A DNA stretch of 64,000 bases from Ranitomeya imitator (Eukaryota), in NCBI RefSeq assembly GCF_032444005.1, contig NC_091282.1, forward strand, positions 2,728,001-2,792,000. Reading direction: 5' to 3'. The position numbers and the translations under genes are program-made. The notes under the pieces are model-generated. The model saw only the letters and a list, made by a program, of their open reading frames with translations. It did not search any database and was not told the DNA's origin. Positions 48,178-60,484 of this stretch are shown here, in pieces. The first letter of the stretch is position 1. Every line of letters begins with the position of its first letter.

Positions 48178-48271
48178 TTTTTGCCTGTAGGACATTATTG
48201 CAAGAGAGCTTGGCTGAGTAGATTACACAAGAAGGAAAACACACAGCAAGCCAGCAGGATCTAGGAGCAAC

Positions 48272-49225
48272 ATGGCAGATGTGACAACCTACATGGTGAG
48301 CTGCAGCATGTGCTACATGTTCACAGATCGACCAGAAGAAGAATCCAATTTCACCTGTCAGAAGTGTAGACTAGTGGCCCTTTTAGAAGAAAAGGTGCGG
48401 GGTCTGGAAGAAAGAATAGCAACTTTGAAACTCATCAAAGAGAATGAAGACTTTCTAGACAGAACAGAAGCATCTCTACTGGTCACAGAAGGTGCAAAAA
48501 GTGTCAGAGAACCTCCAAAAGCAGATGAGTGGAAGCATGTGACCAAAAGAAGCAAGAAGACCATGGAGAAATCACCAACCACACAACTGAAGAACCGATA
48601 TCAAATCTTTGTAGAGGATGAAGATGGCACACCTAAGAATGAAGCAATACCAGCAAGCAAAAAAGAAAAGGGCACACAGCAACAAGTGACAGCAAAAAGT
48701 ACAGCCAAGAAGCAACGAAGAGTGGTGGTGGTGGGAGACTCACTACTGAGAGGCACAGAAGCAGCCATCTGCAGACCGGACATAACTGCAAGAGAAGTAT
48801 GCTGCCTTCCAGGTGCGATGATCAAGGATGTGACCGATAGGATACCAAAGCTCTTCAGCTCCAAGGACGTCCACCCATTTCTTCTGATACATGTTGGCAC
48901 CAATGACACGGCAAGGAAGGACCTACCGACAATCTGCAAGGACTTTGAAGAGTTGGGGAAGAAAGTAAAGGAACTGGATGCACAGGTAGTTTTTTCTTCT
49001 ATCCTTCCAGTAGACGGGCATGGCATCAGGAGATGGAACAGGATCCTTGATGCAAACAACTGGCTAAGACGATGGTGCAGACAACAAGGATTTGGATTCC
49101 TGGACCACGGTGTGAATTACTGGTATGATGGACTCCTCGCCAGAGACGGACTACACCTCAACAAACCTGGGAAACACACATTCGCCAGAAGACTCGCTAC
49201 ACTCATCAGGAGGGCGTTAAACTAG
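48272..49225 (+). CDS. CR1 copy 3 ORF1p (zinc finger, coiled coil, SGNH esterase), 317 aa
   Basis: Intact ORF with GDSL, GTND and DGLH. Its ATG is the first ATG downstream of the element start. Confidence 0.94.
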   Translation: MADVTTYMVSCSMCYMFTDRPEEESNFTCQKCRLVALLEEKVRGLEERIATLKLIKENEDFLDRTEASLLVTEGAKSVREPPKADEWKHVTKRSKKTMEKSPTTQLKNRYQIFVEDEDGTPKNEAIPASKKEKGTQQQVTAKSTAKKQRRVVVVGDSLLRGTEAAICRPDITAREVCCLPGAMIKDVTDRIPKLFSSKDVHPFLLIHVGTNDTARKDLPTICKDFEELGKKVKELDAQVVFSSILPVDGHGIRRWNRILDANNWLRRWCRQQGFGFLDHGVNYWYDGLLARDGLHLNKPGKHTFARRLATLIRRALN

Positions 49226-49362
49226 AAGAAGAGGGGACGGGAAGAAAAACATTAGACTCGAACAAAGACGACCCAGGAAAACATACTCAGAAGGGAGGTA
49301 AGAACATTCCTAAAACAATCCACAGTGAGGAGATTGGAACAAAACAAAATCCTCTAAACTGC

Positions 49363-52143
49363 ATGCTCGCAAACGCCAGAAGCCTGACAAACAAGATGGA
49401 AGAACTAGAAGCAGAAATATCTACAGGTAACTTTGACATAGTGGGAATAACCGAGACATGGTTAGATGAAAGCTATGACTGGGCAGTTAACTTACAGGGT
49501 TACAGTCTGTTTAGAAAGGATCGTAAAAATCGGAGAGGAGGAGGGGTTTGTCTCTATGTAAAGTCTTGTCTAAAGTCCACTTTAAGGGAGGATATTAGCG
49601 AAGGGAATGAGGATGTCGAGTCCATATGGGTTGAAATTCATGGAGGGAAAAATGGTAACAAAATTCTCATTGGGGTCTGTTACAAACCCCCAAATATAAC
49701 AGAAAGCATGGAAAGTCTACTTCTAAAGCAGATAGATGAAGCTGCAACCCATAATGAGGTCCTGGTTATGGGGGACTTTAACTACCCGGATATTAACTGG
49801 GAAACAGAAACCTGTGAAACCCATAAAGGCAACAGGTTTCTGCTAATAACCAAGAAAAATTATCTTTCACAATTGGTGCAGAATCCAACCAGAGGAGCAG
49901 CACTTTTAGACCTAATACTATCTAATAGACCTGACAGAATAACAAATCTGCAGGTGGTTGGGCATTTAGGAAATAGCGACCACAATATTGTGCAGTTTCA
50001 CCTGTCTTTCACTAGGGGGACTTGTCAGGGAGTCACAAAAACATTGAACTTTAGGAAGGCAAAGTTTGAACAGCTTAGAGATGCCCTTAATCTGGTAGAC
50101 TGGGACAATATCCTCAGAAATGAGAATACAGATAATAAATGGGAAATGTTTAAGAACATCCTAAATAGGCAGTGTAAGCGGTTTATACCTTGTGGGAATA
50201 AAAGGACTAGAAATAGGAAAAACCCAATGTGGCTAAACAAAGAAGTAAGACAGGCAATTAACAGTAAAAAGAAAGCATTTGCACTACTAAAGCAGGATGG
50301 CACCATTGAAGCTCTAAAAAACTATAGGGAGAAAAATACTTTATCTAAAAAACTAATTAAAGCTGCCAAAAAGGAAACAGAGAAGCACATTGCTAAGGAG
50401 AGTAAAACTAATCCCAAACTGTTCTTCAACTATATCAATAGTAAAAGAATAAAAACTGAAAATGTAGGCCCCTTAAAAAATAGTGAGGAAAGAATGGTTG
50501 TAGATGACGAGGAAAAAGCTAACATATTAAACACCTTCTTCTCCACGGTATTCACGGTGGAAAATGAAATGCTAGGTGAAATCCCAAGAAACAATGAAAA
50601 CCCTATATTAAGAGTCACCAATCTAACCCAAGAAGAGGTGCGAAACCGGCTAAATAAGATTAAAATAGATAAATCTCCGGGTCCGGATGGCATACACCCA
50701 CGAGTACTAAGAGAACTAAGTAATGTAATAGATAAACCATTATTTCTTATTTTTAGGGACTCTATAGCGACAGGGTCTGTTCCGCAGGACTGGCACATAG
50801 CAAATGTGGTGCCAATATTCAAAAAGGGCTCTAAAAGTGAACCTGGAAATTATAGGCCAGTAAGTCTAACCTCTATTGTTGGTAAAATATTTGAAGGGTT
50901 TCTGAGGGATGTTATTCTGGATTATCTCAATGAGAATAACTGTTTAACTCCATATCAGCATGGGTTTATGAGAAATCGCTCCTGTCAAACCAATCTAATC
51001 AGTTTTTATGAAGAGGTAAGCTATAGGCTGGACCACGGTGAGTCATTGGACGTGGTATATCTCGATTTTTCCAAAGTGTTTGATACCGTGCCGCACAAGA
51101 GGTTGGTACACAAAATGAGAATGCTTGGTCTGGGGGAAAATGTGTGTAAATGGGTTAGTAACTGGCTTAGTGATAGAAAGCAGAGGGTGGTTATAAATGG
51201 TATAGTCTCTAACTGGGTCGCTGTGACCAGTGGGGTACCGCAGGGGTCAGTATTGGGACCTGTTCTCTTCAACATATTCATTAATGATCTGGTAGAAGGT
51301 TTACACAGTAAAATATCGATATTTGCAGATGATACAAAACTATGTAAAGCAGTTAATACAAGAGAAGATAGTATTCTGCTACAGATGGATCTGGATAAGT
51401 TGGAAATTTGGGCTGAAAGGTGGCAGATGAGGTTTAACAATGATAAATGTAAGGTTATACACATGGGAAGAGGGAATCAATATCACCATTACACACTGAA
51501 CGGGAAACCACTGGGTAAATCTGACAGGGAGAAGGACTTGGGGATCCTAGTTAATGATAAACTTACCTGGAGCAGCCAGTGCCAGGCAGCAGCTGCCAAG
51601 GCAAACAGGATCATGGGGTGCATTAAAAGAGGTCTGGATACACATGATGAGAGCATTATACTGCCTCTGTACAAATCCCTAGTTAGACCGCACATGGAGT
51701 ACTGTGTCCAGTTTTGGGCACCGGTGCTCAGGAAGGATATAATGGAACTAGAGAGAGTACAAAGGAGGGCAACAAAATTAATAAAGGGGATGGGAGAACT
51801 ACAATACCCAGATAGATTAGCGAAATTAGGATTATTTAGTCTAGAAAAAAGACGACTGAGGGGCGATCTAATAACCATGTATAAGTATATAAGGGGACAA
51901 TACAAATATCTCGCTGAGGATCTGTTTATACCAAGGAAGGTGACGGGCACAAGGGGGCATTCTTTGCGTCTGGAGGAGAGAAGGTTTTTCCACCAACATA
52001 GAAGAGGATTCTTTACTGTTAGGGCAGTGAGAATCTGGAATTGCTTGCCTGAGGAGGTGGTGATGGCGAACTCAGTCGAGGGGTTCAAGAGAGGCCTGGA
52101 TGTCTTCCTGGAGCAGAACAATATTGTATCATACAATTATTAG
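49363..52143 (+). CDS. CR1 copy 3 ORF2p (APE endonuclease + reverse transcriptase), 926 aa, uninterrupted
   Basis: Endonuclease motifs NARSL, ITETW, GDFN, LDL and SDH; RT motifs [26 protein letters not shown] and FADD. Confidence 0.95.
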   Translation: MLANARSLTNKMEELEAEISTGNFDIVGITETWLDESYDWAVNLQGYSLFRKDRKNRRGGGVCLYVKSCLKSTLREDISEGNEDVESIWVEIHGGKNGNKILIGVCYKPPNITESMESLLLKQIDEAATHNEVLVMGDFNYPDINWETETCETHKGNRFLLITKKNYLSQLVQNPTRGAALLDLILSNRPDRITNLQVVGHLGNSDHNIVQFHLSFTRGTCQGVTKTLNFRKAKFEQLRDALNLVDWDNILRNENTDNKWEMFKNILNRQCKRFIPCGNKRTRNRKNPMWLNKEVRQAINSKKKAFALLKQDGTIEALKNYREKNTLSKKLIKAAKKETEKHIAKESKTNPKLFFNYINSKRIKTENVGPLKNSEERMVVDDEEKANILNTFFSTVFTVENEMLGEIPRNNENPILRVTNLTQEEVRNRLNKIKIDKSPGPDGIHPRVLRELSNVIDKPLFLIFRDSIATGSVPQDWHIANVVPIFKKGSKSEPGNYRPVSLTSIVGKIFEGFLRDVILDYLNENNCLTPYQHGFMRNRSCQTNLISFYEEVSYRLDHGESLDVVYLDFSKVFDTVPHKRLVHKMRMLGLGENVCKWVSNWLSDRKQRVVINGIVSNWVAVTSGVPQGSVLGPVLFNIFINDLVEGLHSKISIFADDTKLCKAVNTREDSILLQMDLDKLEIWAERWQMRFNNDKCKVIHMGRGNQYHHYTLNGKPLGKSDREKDLGILVNDKLTWSSQCQAAAAKANRIMGCIKRGLDTHDESIILPLYKSLVRPHMEYCVQFWAPVLRKDIMELERVQRRATKLIKGMGELQYPDRLAKLGLFSLEKRRLRGDLITMYKYIRGQYKYLAEDLFIPRKVTGTRGHSLRLEERRFFHQHRRGFFTVRAVRIWNCLPEEVVMANSVEGFKRGLDVFLEQNNIVSYNY

Positions 52144-52257
52144 GTTCTGTAGAAGGACGTAGATCTGGGTATTTATTATGATGGAATATAGGCTGAACTG
52201 GATGGACAAATGTCTTTTTTCGGCCTTACTAACTATGTTACTATGTTACTATGTTGA

Positions 52258-52643
52258 CAAAAGTCTTTGCTGTTGAACGGGCTCATAGGGTCCCGCCGCA
52301 GCCCCCTGCCCCAGGAGCAAATCCCCGTACCATGCTTGCTAAAATACTGAACTACAGGGACAGAGACATTATCCTTAGAAAGGCTAGAGAGATGGAGGAT
52401 CTGACGGCTGGAGGTCAGAAAATCGCCATTTATCCGGATTATTCCGCTGCGGTTCAGAAACAGCGGATGAAGTTTACTGGAGTCAAGCGGCGACTGAGGG
52501 AGCTGGGAGTGCAGTACTCAGTGATGTTTCCCGCCAAGCTGAGACTGGTGGCTTTTAATAAGACACATTTCTTCCTGACACCGGAGGACGCTACCCAGTG
52601 GCTTGATACTCATGAGAAAAAACTTAAGGGAATGGGCGACTGA
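52258..52643 (+). pseudogene. L1 ORF1, C-terminal part
   Basis: VERAHRVP...PRTMLAK...IYPDYS...FPAKLR, the L1 ORF1p RRM/CTD motifs. Confidence 0.9.
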
Positions 52644-53102
52644 CATTTCGGCGAGATCCAGTTGGGATTTGTTTTCTCTGTAGATGGAGGAGAGTTCTGC
52701 GCTCGTTAGCAATGGTTAAAGAGTTGAGCAACTGTTGGGGGTTTTACTGGGCCATATTGAAGGAATGGCCGGAGGGGACAGTACCAACTACTAAGTACGG
52801 GGGAGGAGGGTTATGCTGGGTACTGTGAACTGGTTTGGTACTTTTTCTATATGTTAATATAAGTTGAAATGTTAAGATACAATAAAGTGAAAGTTGGGGG
52901 GGAAATTGTGATTGCTATGGCAGCGGGACGCGAATGGAGAGGGTTAAGTAAGGGAGAGTGTTCGCAGTGGGCAGTGGAGCCCCACTCTTGATGAGAGGAA
53001 GAATGCGTTATATTGGGGGGGTTCGGGGGGCAAGTTGGGAGGGGGCAGGGGGGGTGGGAGGGTTGGGGCAGCTCATACTTGGGAAATTGGATACTTTAAG
53101 AA

Positions 53103-56100
53103 ATGATGAGCCACATGATGGGAGATTGTATTAAAATATTGAGTTGGAATGTGAGAGGTCTGGCGGATAAAACACGGCGGGCGGCAAGTCTGCAGTATGT
53201 CCGAGAACAGAAGGTCTCAATGATATGTCTGCTGGAGACACATTTAGTGCGGGAGAGGGTGAATGTATTGAATAGGCGCTGGATACAGAGGGCGTATCAT
53301 TCTACTTTCTCGACGTACTCTAGGGGTGTGTCTGTGTTATAACCTGCGGGGGTGCAGTATGAGGAGGTAGCGGTAAAAGAGGATGTCGATGGTCAGTATG
53401 TGGTGGTGAAATGTAAAATAAATGGAGTGTTGATGTGTATAGCGGCAATGTATATTCCGCCCCCATACTCAAGCAAGAAGATAAGAGAGGTGCTGGAGAG
53501 GGTAGAGCGTTGGGGACCGTTACCATCTCTAATTATTGGCGATCTTAATAATATCTGTGATGACTTTTGGGACAAAAACAAAAATCCCCAGAATAGAACA
53601 GGGGGACATATCACTACGTTTGGGACCTATGTCCGGGAAGTAGGTATGATTGATTTATGGAGAGTTAGACATATTGGGGAAAGGACGTACTCATGCTACT
53701 CGCCAGCTCATGGTACGCTGTCTAGGATTGACTTGGCGCTGGGTAACTGTTTACTGGATACGATGGTAAGGGACGTGAGATATTTACCTAGGGCTCTTTC
53801 AGACCATAGTCCAGTTGAGGTGGAATTTCGATCAGTGGGGACACGAATCGGGAGCAGGAAGGAGTGGAAGATTGACCCTAATTGGCTACACAGTATGGAC
53901 TTGGAAAAGATAAAGAAGGAGTTGGTGGAATTTTTTGAGATTAACGAGGGAAGTGTAGATGTTCTTACTGTGTGGGAAGCCATGAAAGCGTACTTGAGAG
54001 GGCTGTTGTTTAGGGATATTAGCAGGTGCAAGAGGAAATCGAGAGAGACAGAGAGGTTGGCGGTTGAAGGGCTGAGGATAGCCGAGGATGAGATGGTAAT
54101 AGCGGGTACTCCGGAAGCTGGGAGGAGGCTAAAGGCAGCTCAGAGTCAGTTGGAGGAGGTATTGCTCGGTAAGGCTGAAAGGAAGAGGGAATTCATGAAT
54201 CTGGCTTTTTACCAGGAGGGCGAATCTGTGGGTCATTTGCTATCGATGGTGGCTTCTGCCCAGAGAAACACTTCCTTTGTTCATTCTTTGGTATCGGGGA
54301 GCGGTGTGGCTGTCTCTGAGACTTCAGAGATTTTGGACATTTTTGCGGATTTTTATGCGGACCTATATTCCTCTCAGGTAGATGGGTCGGTGGAGGACAC
54401 GGTGGCGTTCCTTGAGGAATTGGAGCTCCCAAGGCTGAGTGACATAGATAGAGAAGATTTGGAAGCTCCCATTACGGAGGAGGAATTGGGTCGGGCACTG
54501 CAGTCTATGGCTAATGGGAAGGCACCTGGCGTAGATGGATTTCCTGCTGAAATTTATAAAAACTTTGGGGAAGTGCTGATCCCTAAATTAAGGGTACTTC
54601 TGGAGGAGGCTAGGAGTGGCGGTCGTCTACCGGCATCTATGCGGGAGGCCATAATAGTGGTGATTCCTAAGGAGGGGAAGGACCCGACACAGCCGGATTC
54701 ATATCGGCCAATCTCCTTGCTTACTACAGACGTTAAACTTCTGGCTAAGGTGTTGGCGATGAGGTTGACAAGTGTTATTTCCGGCCTGGTGCACTTAGAC
54801 CAGTCCGGCTTTATGCCTGATCGGTCCACTGCGATCAACTTACGAAGGCTGTATATGAATTTGCAACTCAGATCCAACAACTGTGGCCAGAGAGTTATTG
54901 CATCTTTAGACGCTCATAAGGCGTTCGATAGTGTGGAGTGGGGATATCTCTGGCAGGTGCTCTGGAGTATGGGGTTTGGACCGCAGTTCATATCCTGGAT
55001 TCGACTGATGTACTCGATGCCGATGGCCAGGGTTAGGGTAAATGGGGAGTTATCACGGACCATACAACTGGCTAGAGGGACGAGACAGGGGTGTCCGCTC
55101 TCTCCTCTTTTGTTTGCTCTGGCTGTGGAACCACTGGCTGCTAAGCTTCGACGGTCTGATGAGGTGACTGGGTTTAAATATGGGATGATTGAAGAAAGGG
55201 TGGCGTTGTATGCGGATGACATTCTGCTATTTCTGGCTGACCCGGGTATGTCCTTGGAGGGAGCCATTGGGATTATTGAGCGTTTCGGATCGGTGTCGGG
55301 ACTTAGGATAAACTGGAGTAAGTCTGTCTTGTTTAAGGTGGATGATGATGGTGGGGAGCCACTGGAGGATGGGCGACTGGAGGTGACTAGCCAATTTAAG
55401 TACCTTGGAATATGGGTATCTATGCCGGTCACTGAGTATATACATAGAAATCTGACTCCAATCTTAGGTGTTCTTAAAGCGAAAGCGGATGCTTGGCTTA
55501 AACTGCATTTATCTGTGGTAGGTAGGGTGAATCTTATTAAAATGATTTTGATGCCAAAAATACTGTATATTCTTCATAATGCGCCAGTTTGGATACCACG
55601 CGGGAGATTTAGACAGATTAACTCTCTGTTCAGGAATTTGATATGGGGGAGACAGCATCCGCGTATCAAACTGGAGACACTTCAGCGACCCAAGGAAGAT
55701 GGGGGATTGGCATTGCCTAACCCTGAAATATATTTTCTTGCAGCCCAGAGTCAGCATTTAAAAGGCTGGGCGCATGAAGGGTCATCTGGGGCGGTACAGC
55801 GGCTGATGGAAGTGGTGACAAAAAGAAGGCCAGTGGTACAATGTTAGGAGGATGGATCCCTGGGGGTTCTGGGGAAATTATACCCGACTGTGTTGTTGAT
55901 ACGCAGGCTGTGGGGTAGGCTGAGACATATACGGGGGGTCACGGATTTGACTAGATTCTCACCGCTATGGCATGACAGCAACTTACAGGAGTTTGAGGCA
56001 CTGGGGGTACTGACAGAATGGCAAGTCAAAGGGATTCAGTACGTGTATCAAATAATTGAGCGAGGTGAATTGAAATCATTTTCCCATATCAGGCGGAATT

Positions 56101-56897
56101 TGGTCTTGGGACTGTGGGGGAATTTCAGTATTTGCGGATGAGGCATGCTTTTGGAGCTCAGAGTAGAAACGGAGGTATTGGAATTCAGAGGGATATAGTA
56201 CTGGAGTATGTGTGTAATGAAGGGACTACTGGGGGAGTCATATCTACTTTGTATAAAGATCTGTTGCACACTTTCCTATTGGGGTTTCCAATAATGGCGA
56301 GAGCTAAATGGGAGAGGGATCTGGGTCCAATGGAGAATGAGACTTGGGAGTCGGTGCTAGAATGGGTCCCACGATTGTCACTGAGCGAACCGTATAGACT
56401 GTCACAGCTCTATGTGATACACAGGGTTTATAAGTCACCGATGGTGCTATATAAGGCTGGTGTGTGATGATTCTGAATGCCCGAGGTGTAAATCTACAGA
56501 TGCTGATATACTCCATATGATGCGGACGTGTCCGAGACTGGCTGCCTTCTGGGTGGTAGTTTTGAGTCGTATGGAAGGTGCGTATGGATGTAAGGTGCCA
56601 AGGGATCCACTTGTGTGCTTGTTGGGATGTGTGGATGAGATTGGGGTGGATAACAACCTAAAGATAGCTATTGCCAGATTGTTATACATGGCTAGGAAGG
56701 TAATAGCTCGAAATTGGATTAGGGAAGAACCGCTGTCAAGAGGAGAGTTCCTCCAGTATGTGAAGCAGGGCCGACACTGGAAAAGGGGTTTTATAAAAAA
56801 AGAGGGAAAATCGAAATGTTCAATAAAATGTGGTCTCCGTGGATTGCTATGGGATAGGGGTATTATAGAGGGAGAGTTAATTAAGGTTCCTAATTAA
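53103..56897 (+). pseudogene. L1 ORF2 (APE + RT + CCHC), with stops and frameshifts
   Basis: SWNVRGL, LLETH, GDLN, SDH, KAPGVDG, YRPISLL, QGCPLSP, YADD and CPRC...HMMRTC. Breaks occur at ~53340, 55845, 56110 and 56460. Confidence 0.92.
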
Positions 56898-57304
56898 TGG
56901 TAATGTTAAATGTGGCTTATATTATTGGCCGAGGGATTAGATAGTATATTGGTCTAATGATGGAAGTGCTAAGCAAGGTGAGCTGCTTTGTTGGGGGGTG
57001 GGGGGATTGAAGGGGAATGTTTGAAGTGGGGGGAAGCTTTGTATTGAAAATGAGAATGTAACATGTCATTTATCTTCTTATTCTTAATAAAAATTTATTT
57101 GAATAAAAAAAAGAGAATTGGAATGGATTATGAAGTTAAACACCTTAAACCACATGGTCTTAATGTAGACTTCAAGTTGAATCAAATTTTATAAAATATA
57201 GTGATTCTTTCTACTGTTCCTCTATTGCTATAAAATATTATGTATAGATTTTATATATTTTTAACATTCCCTTTTCTATTTTTCTCATGTAAAGATTTTT
57301 TGGT

Positions 57305-58400
57305 ATTTTCATGACTCTGAAAATTGTAAATTCACACTGAAGGCATCAAAACTATGAATTAACACATGTGGAATTATATACTTAACAAAAAAGTGTGAAA
57401 CAACTGAAATTATGTCTTATATTCTAAGTTCTTCAAAGTAGCCACCTTTTGCATTGATGATTGCTTTGCACACTCTTGGCATTCTCTTGATGACCTTCAG
57501 GAGGTAGTCACCGGGAATGGTTTTCCAACAATCTTGAAGGAGTTCCCATGATGCTTAGCACTTGTTGGCCCTTTTGCCTTCACTCTGTGGTCCAGCTCAC
57601 CCCAAACCATCTCGATTGGGTTCAGGTCTGGTGACTGTGGAGGCCAGGGCATCTGGGGTAGCCCCCCATCACTCTCCTTCTTGGTCAGATGGCCCTTACA
57701 CAGCCTGGGGGGGTGTTTGGGTTCATTGTCCTGTTGAAAAATAAATGATGGTCCAACTAAACGCAATCCGGATGGAATAGCATGCCGCTGCAAGATGCTG
57801 TGGTAGCCATGCTGGTTCAGTATGCCTTCAATTTTGAATAAATCCCCAACAGTGCCACCACAAAGCCCCCCCAGGCCATCACACCTCCTCCTCCATGCTT
57901 CACGGGGGGAACCAGGCATGTAGAGTCCATCCGTTCACCTTTTCTGCGTCGCACAAAGACACGGTGGTTGGAACCAAAGATCTCAAATTTGGACTCATCA
58001 GACCAAAGCACAAATTTCCACTGGTCTAATGTTCCTTCCTTGTGTTCTTTAGCCCAAACAAGTCTCTTCTGCTTGTTGCCTGTCCTTAGCAGTGGTTTCT
58101 TAGCAGCTAATTTACCATGAAGGCCTGCTGCACAAAGTCTCCTCTTAACAGTTGTTGTAGAGATGTGTCTGCTGCTAGAACTCTGTGTGGCATTGACCTG
58201 GTCTCTAATCTGAGCTGCTGTTACCCTGCGATTTCTGAGGCTGGTGACTCGGATAAACTTATCCTCAGAAGCAGAGGTGACTCTTGGTCTTCCTTTCCTG
58301 GGGCGGTCCTCATGTGAGCCAGTTTCTTTGTAGCGCTCTATGGTTTTTGCCACTGCAATTTCAACTTCATTTCCTAAAGTAATGATGGCCACTCGTTTTT
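57305..58400 (-). mobile_element. Tc1 transposon C, truncated and degenerate
   Basis: IERYKETGSHEDRPRKGRP, WSDESKFE, FQQDNEPKH and WPPQSPDLNPIEMVW. Confidence 0.88.
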
Positions 58401-60484
58401 CTTTACTTAGCTGCCTTTTTCTTGCCTCACTGACCTGCCTTCTATTTTACACAATGCACATAACCGTGTCGGCTTTGGAATTTTTTTTTACATCTGATAG
58501 ATGCCACTGTGCAAGCGGCTCCTCCATTTTGCTGAAGTTAATTTTATTTATTTTTTCCTTCCCACAAAATGGCGGTGTCACAATAATGCGAATATGCCAT
58601 GTTTGAGTATCTACCTAAAAGTATATTTCCCCCCTCACTTAAGAATTTATATGGCTTCAAAGTGAAAGAACAAGTAGAAGCACATGGGAAAAAAACAAGT
58701 TTCTTTGTCCTTGCAAATGTAAATATCATAGCACCGATTAATGATAGAAGTGGGACAAATACATTTTTGACATGGGCTTCAGTAGAACTATCAGCCAGTG
58801 AGTTTACTAAGTTTCAGAACCAGCACAATTGGGAAAAGGATTACTACAGAACTGGGTCACCCAGCCACCCCATGTCTATACTTAAACGAATCCCTATGGC
58901 ATGCTGAGCATAACGACATGTGTGTCGTCTTTCTACGAGGTTCCTACGCCAAGATATGTGGGATGATGGGTTTTCATAATGCTAAGACAGGGGAGTATCC
59001 AGCCTCTAAGTGAGGTCACCACAGGGGGAGTGCCTGGGTTTTAGGCTAGGAAATAAGTGAGTGAAGCAGCAGTCTTCACAGGTCTTTGTCTGGGGTCCTG
59101 CTGAGAGACAGGTGATGCATCTGGATATATGCTCGGCCTTCCCCCACAGCACACGGTCAGCCATCAGGTGATATGACCTAACGACATGTACGTTTTTTTC
59201 AACCTTAATCCCATTTTTTTTTGTAATTGTATTGTACATATGATACTTGTCTTCGTTCTAATATCTATTTATACCTCTGTAAACACGTACGGTCACGTCT
59301 TCTGAAGAGAATTATGCTACTAATCTGGGTTGGCTCCGGACCCGTTAATAATTAAGAAATCAGAGCTGTTGGCAGCAAAATTCGTCCTGTGCAATTGGGA
59401 GGCTTTGTAGCGACCAGCGGCGTTGATAATTATTGTTCCTGCCTGAGTGGGAGTAATTATATCGCCCTCGCTGCAGTGTGCCCAATAGTCAGTACATAGT
59501 AGGCAGCCTTTTGGGCGACTAATTACCCTAGGTGCAGTGCCCTGACTGACCTGAAGGTAAGTGGGCGCCACAGAGCTACAAGTTCCAAACCGGAAGTGGT
59601 ATATAGATATATCCCCTTTAGAAAGAACCAGGGGCAACCAAACAACCCCACTTCATGACAAATTGGTGCGAGTGGTGGGGATGATAAAGGTATCCTCCAA
59701 ATGAACCATGACAGGCGGCGCCAGCTGCATTTGCTCAGCATCTTTTGGCATGTGATGCATGCTTTTGCACAAGCACCGCTGGTGGAGCCATTTTTGCTAA
59801 AGTAAAATTTTTGGTTTTCACAAAACCAACACTATTGTGAAGGATCAGTGACCTGATAAGCCTAGAAGGATGAATATTTGAACAGAGCACCCCATAAAGA
59901 CCTGCCCACATCCCCGGCCACAGGCCTCCCCAGACCACAAGAATTACCACCACAAAGTGACCGAATAATACCACATGCAAGGGATAAATACAGTCACACC
60001 AATGACCAGACCTCATATTGCCATCACAGAGAACTGTGCTGCTTTGTTAATTAGTATGATAATAGTATTTTTCCTATCGCCATGACAGCACCCCTACGAG
60101 AGAGGGGATCCGCCCACCTTCCGGACAGGAACCTACAGGATTTAAAGGGGCGGTCCCCCTCACCACTCCAGTTTGGGTTCCTGTCCGGACGGCGGGAGCC
60201 TGCAGGATGAACTCACCCGGGTCCACCATGCCTCTGTGCGGTATCTCTAAGGAACGGCAGAATCGGAGGCCCGGAAGCAGCGTCGGGGGTGTCCTGCATG
60301 CAGACCCCCCTCGTCTGGCCATGCGGAGCGCGTCCCAGGAGTTGGGCAGTGCCGTCCTGGTCCGCAGTTGAGCGCGGTTTCAGCGTTCTCGCCGGCGCTG
60401 GTGAACCCGGAAGTAGTTCTTACACTTCCGGGGTAAGCCGGGGGAGGAGCGCTGCTGCGTTATGAAAAGAGCGGCGGCTGTGGA

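Larger units (their letters stand above)
44025..52255 (+). mobile_element. Full-length CR1 LINE, copy 3, with a 33-monomer 5' array and intact ORFs
   Basis: Array, ORF1, ORF2 and tail are all present. TGTTGA is duplicated at 44014-19 and 52252-57. Removing the element restores L1 ORF1 GNTVL-TKVFAVERAHR. Confidence 0.96.
43171..57110 (+). mobile_element. Full-length L1-clade LINE with a 16-bp TSD, split by CR1 copy 3
   Basis: AAGAGAATTGGAATGG occurs at 43155-43170 and 57111-57126, preceded by TT on the left (TT/AAGA-type site). AATAAA and an A-tail lie at the 3' end. Confidence 0.93.

Noticed and set aside
44050-48264. 1404-aa ORF of 42-aa repeats as a protein-coding gene
   Set aside because: It has no ATG. 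It is open only because the 126-bp unit is a multiple of 3 and lacks a stop in one frame. The 128-bp variant in copy 1 breaks the frame.
58599-59013. Short ORFs or candidate exons in the island before DIRS1
   Set aside because: Two overlapping frames are open, splice sites are ambiguous, and there is no recognisable motif.
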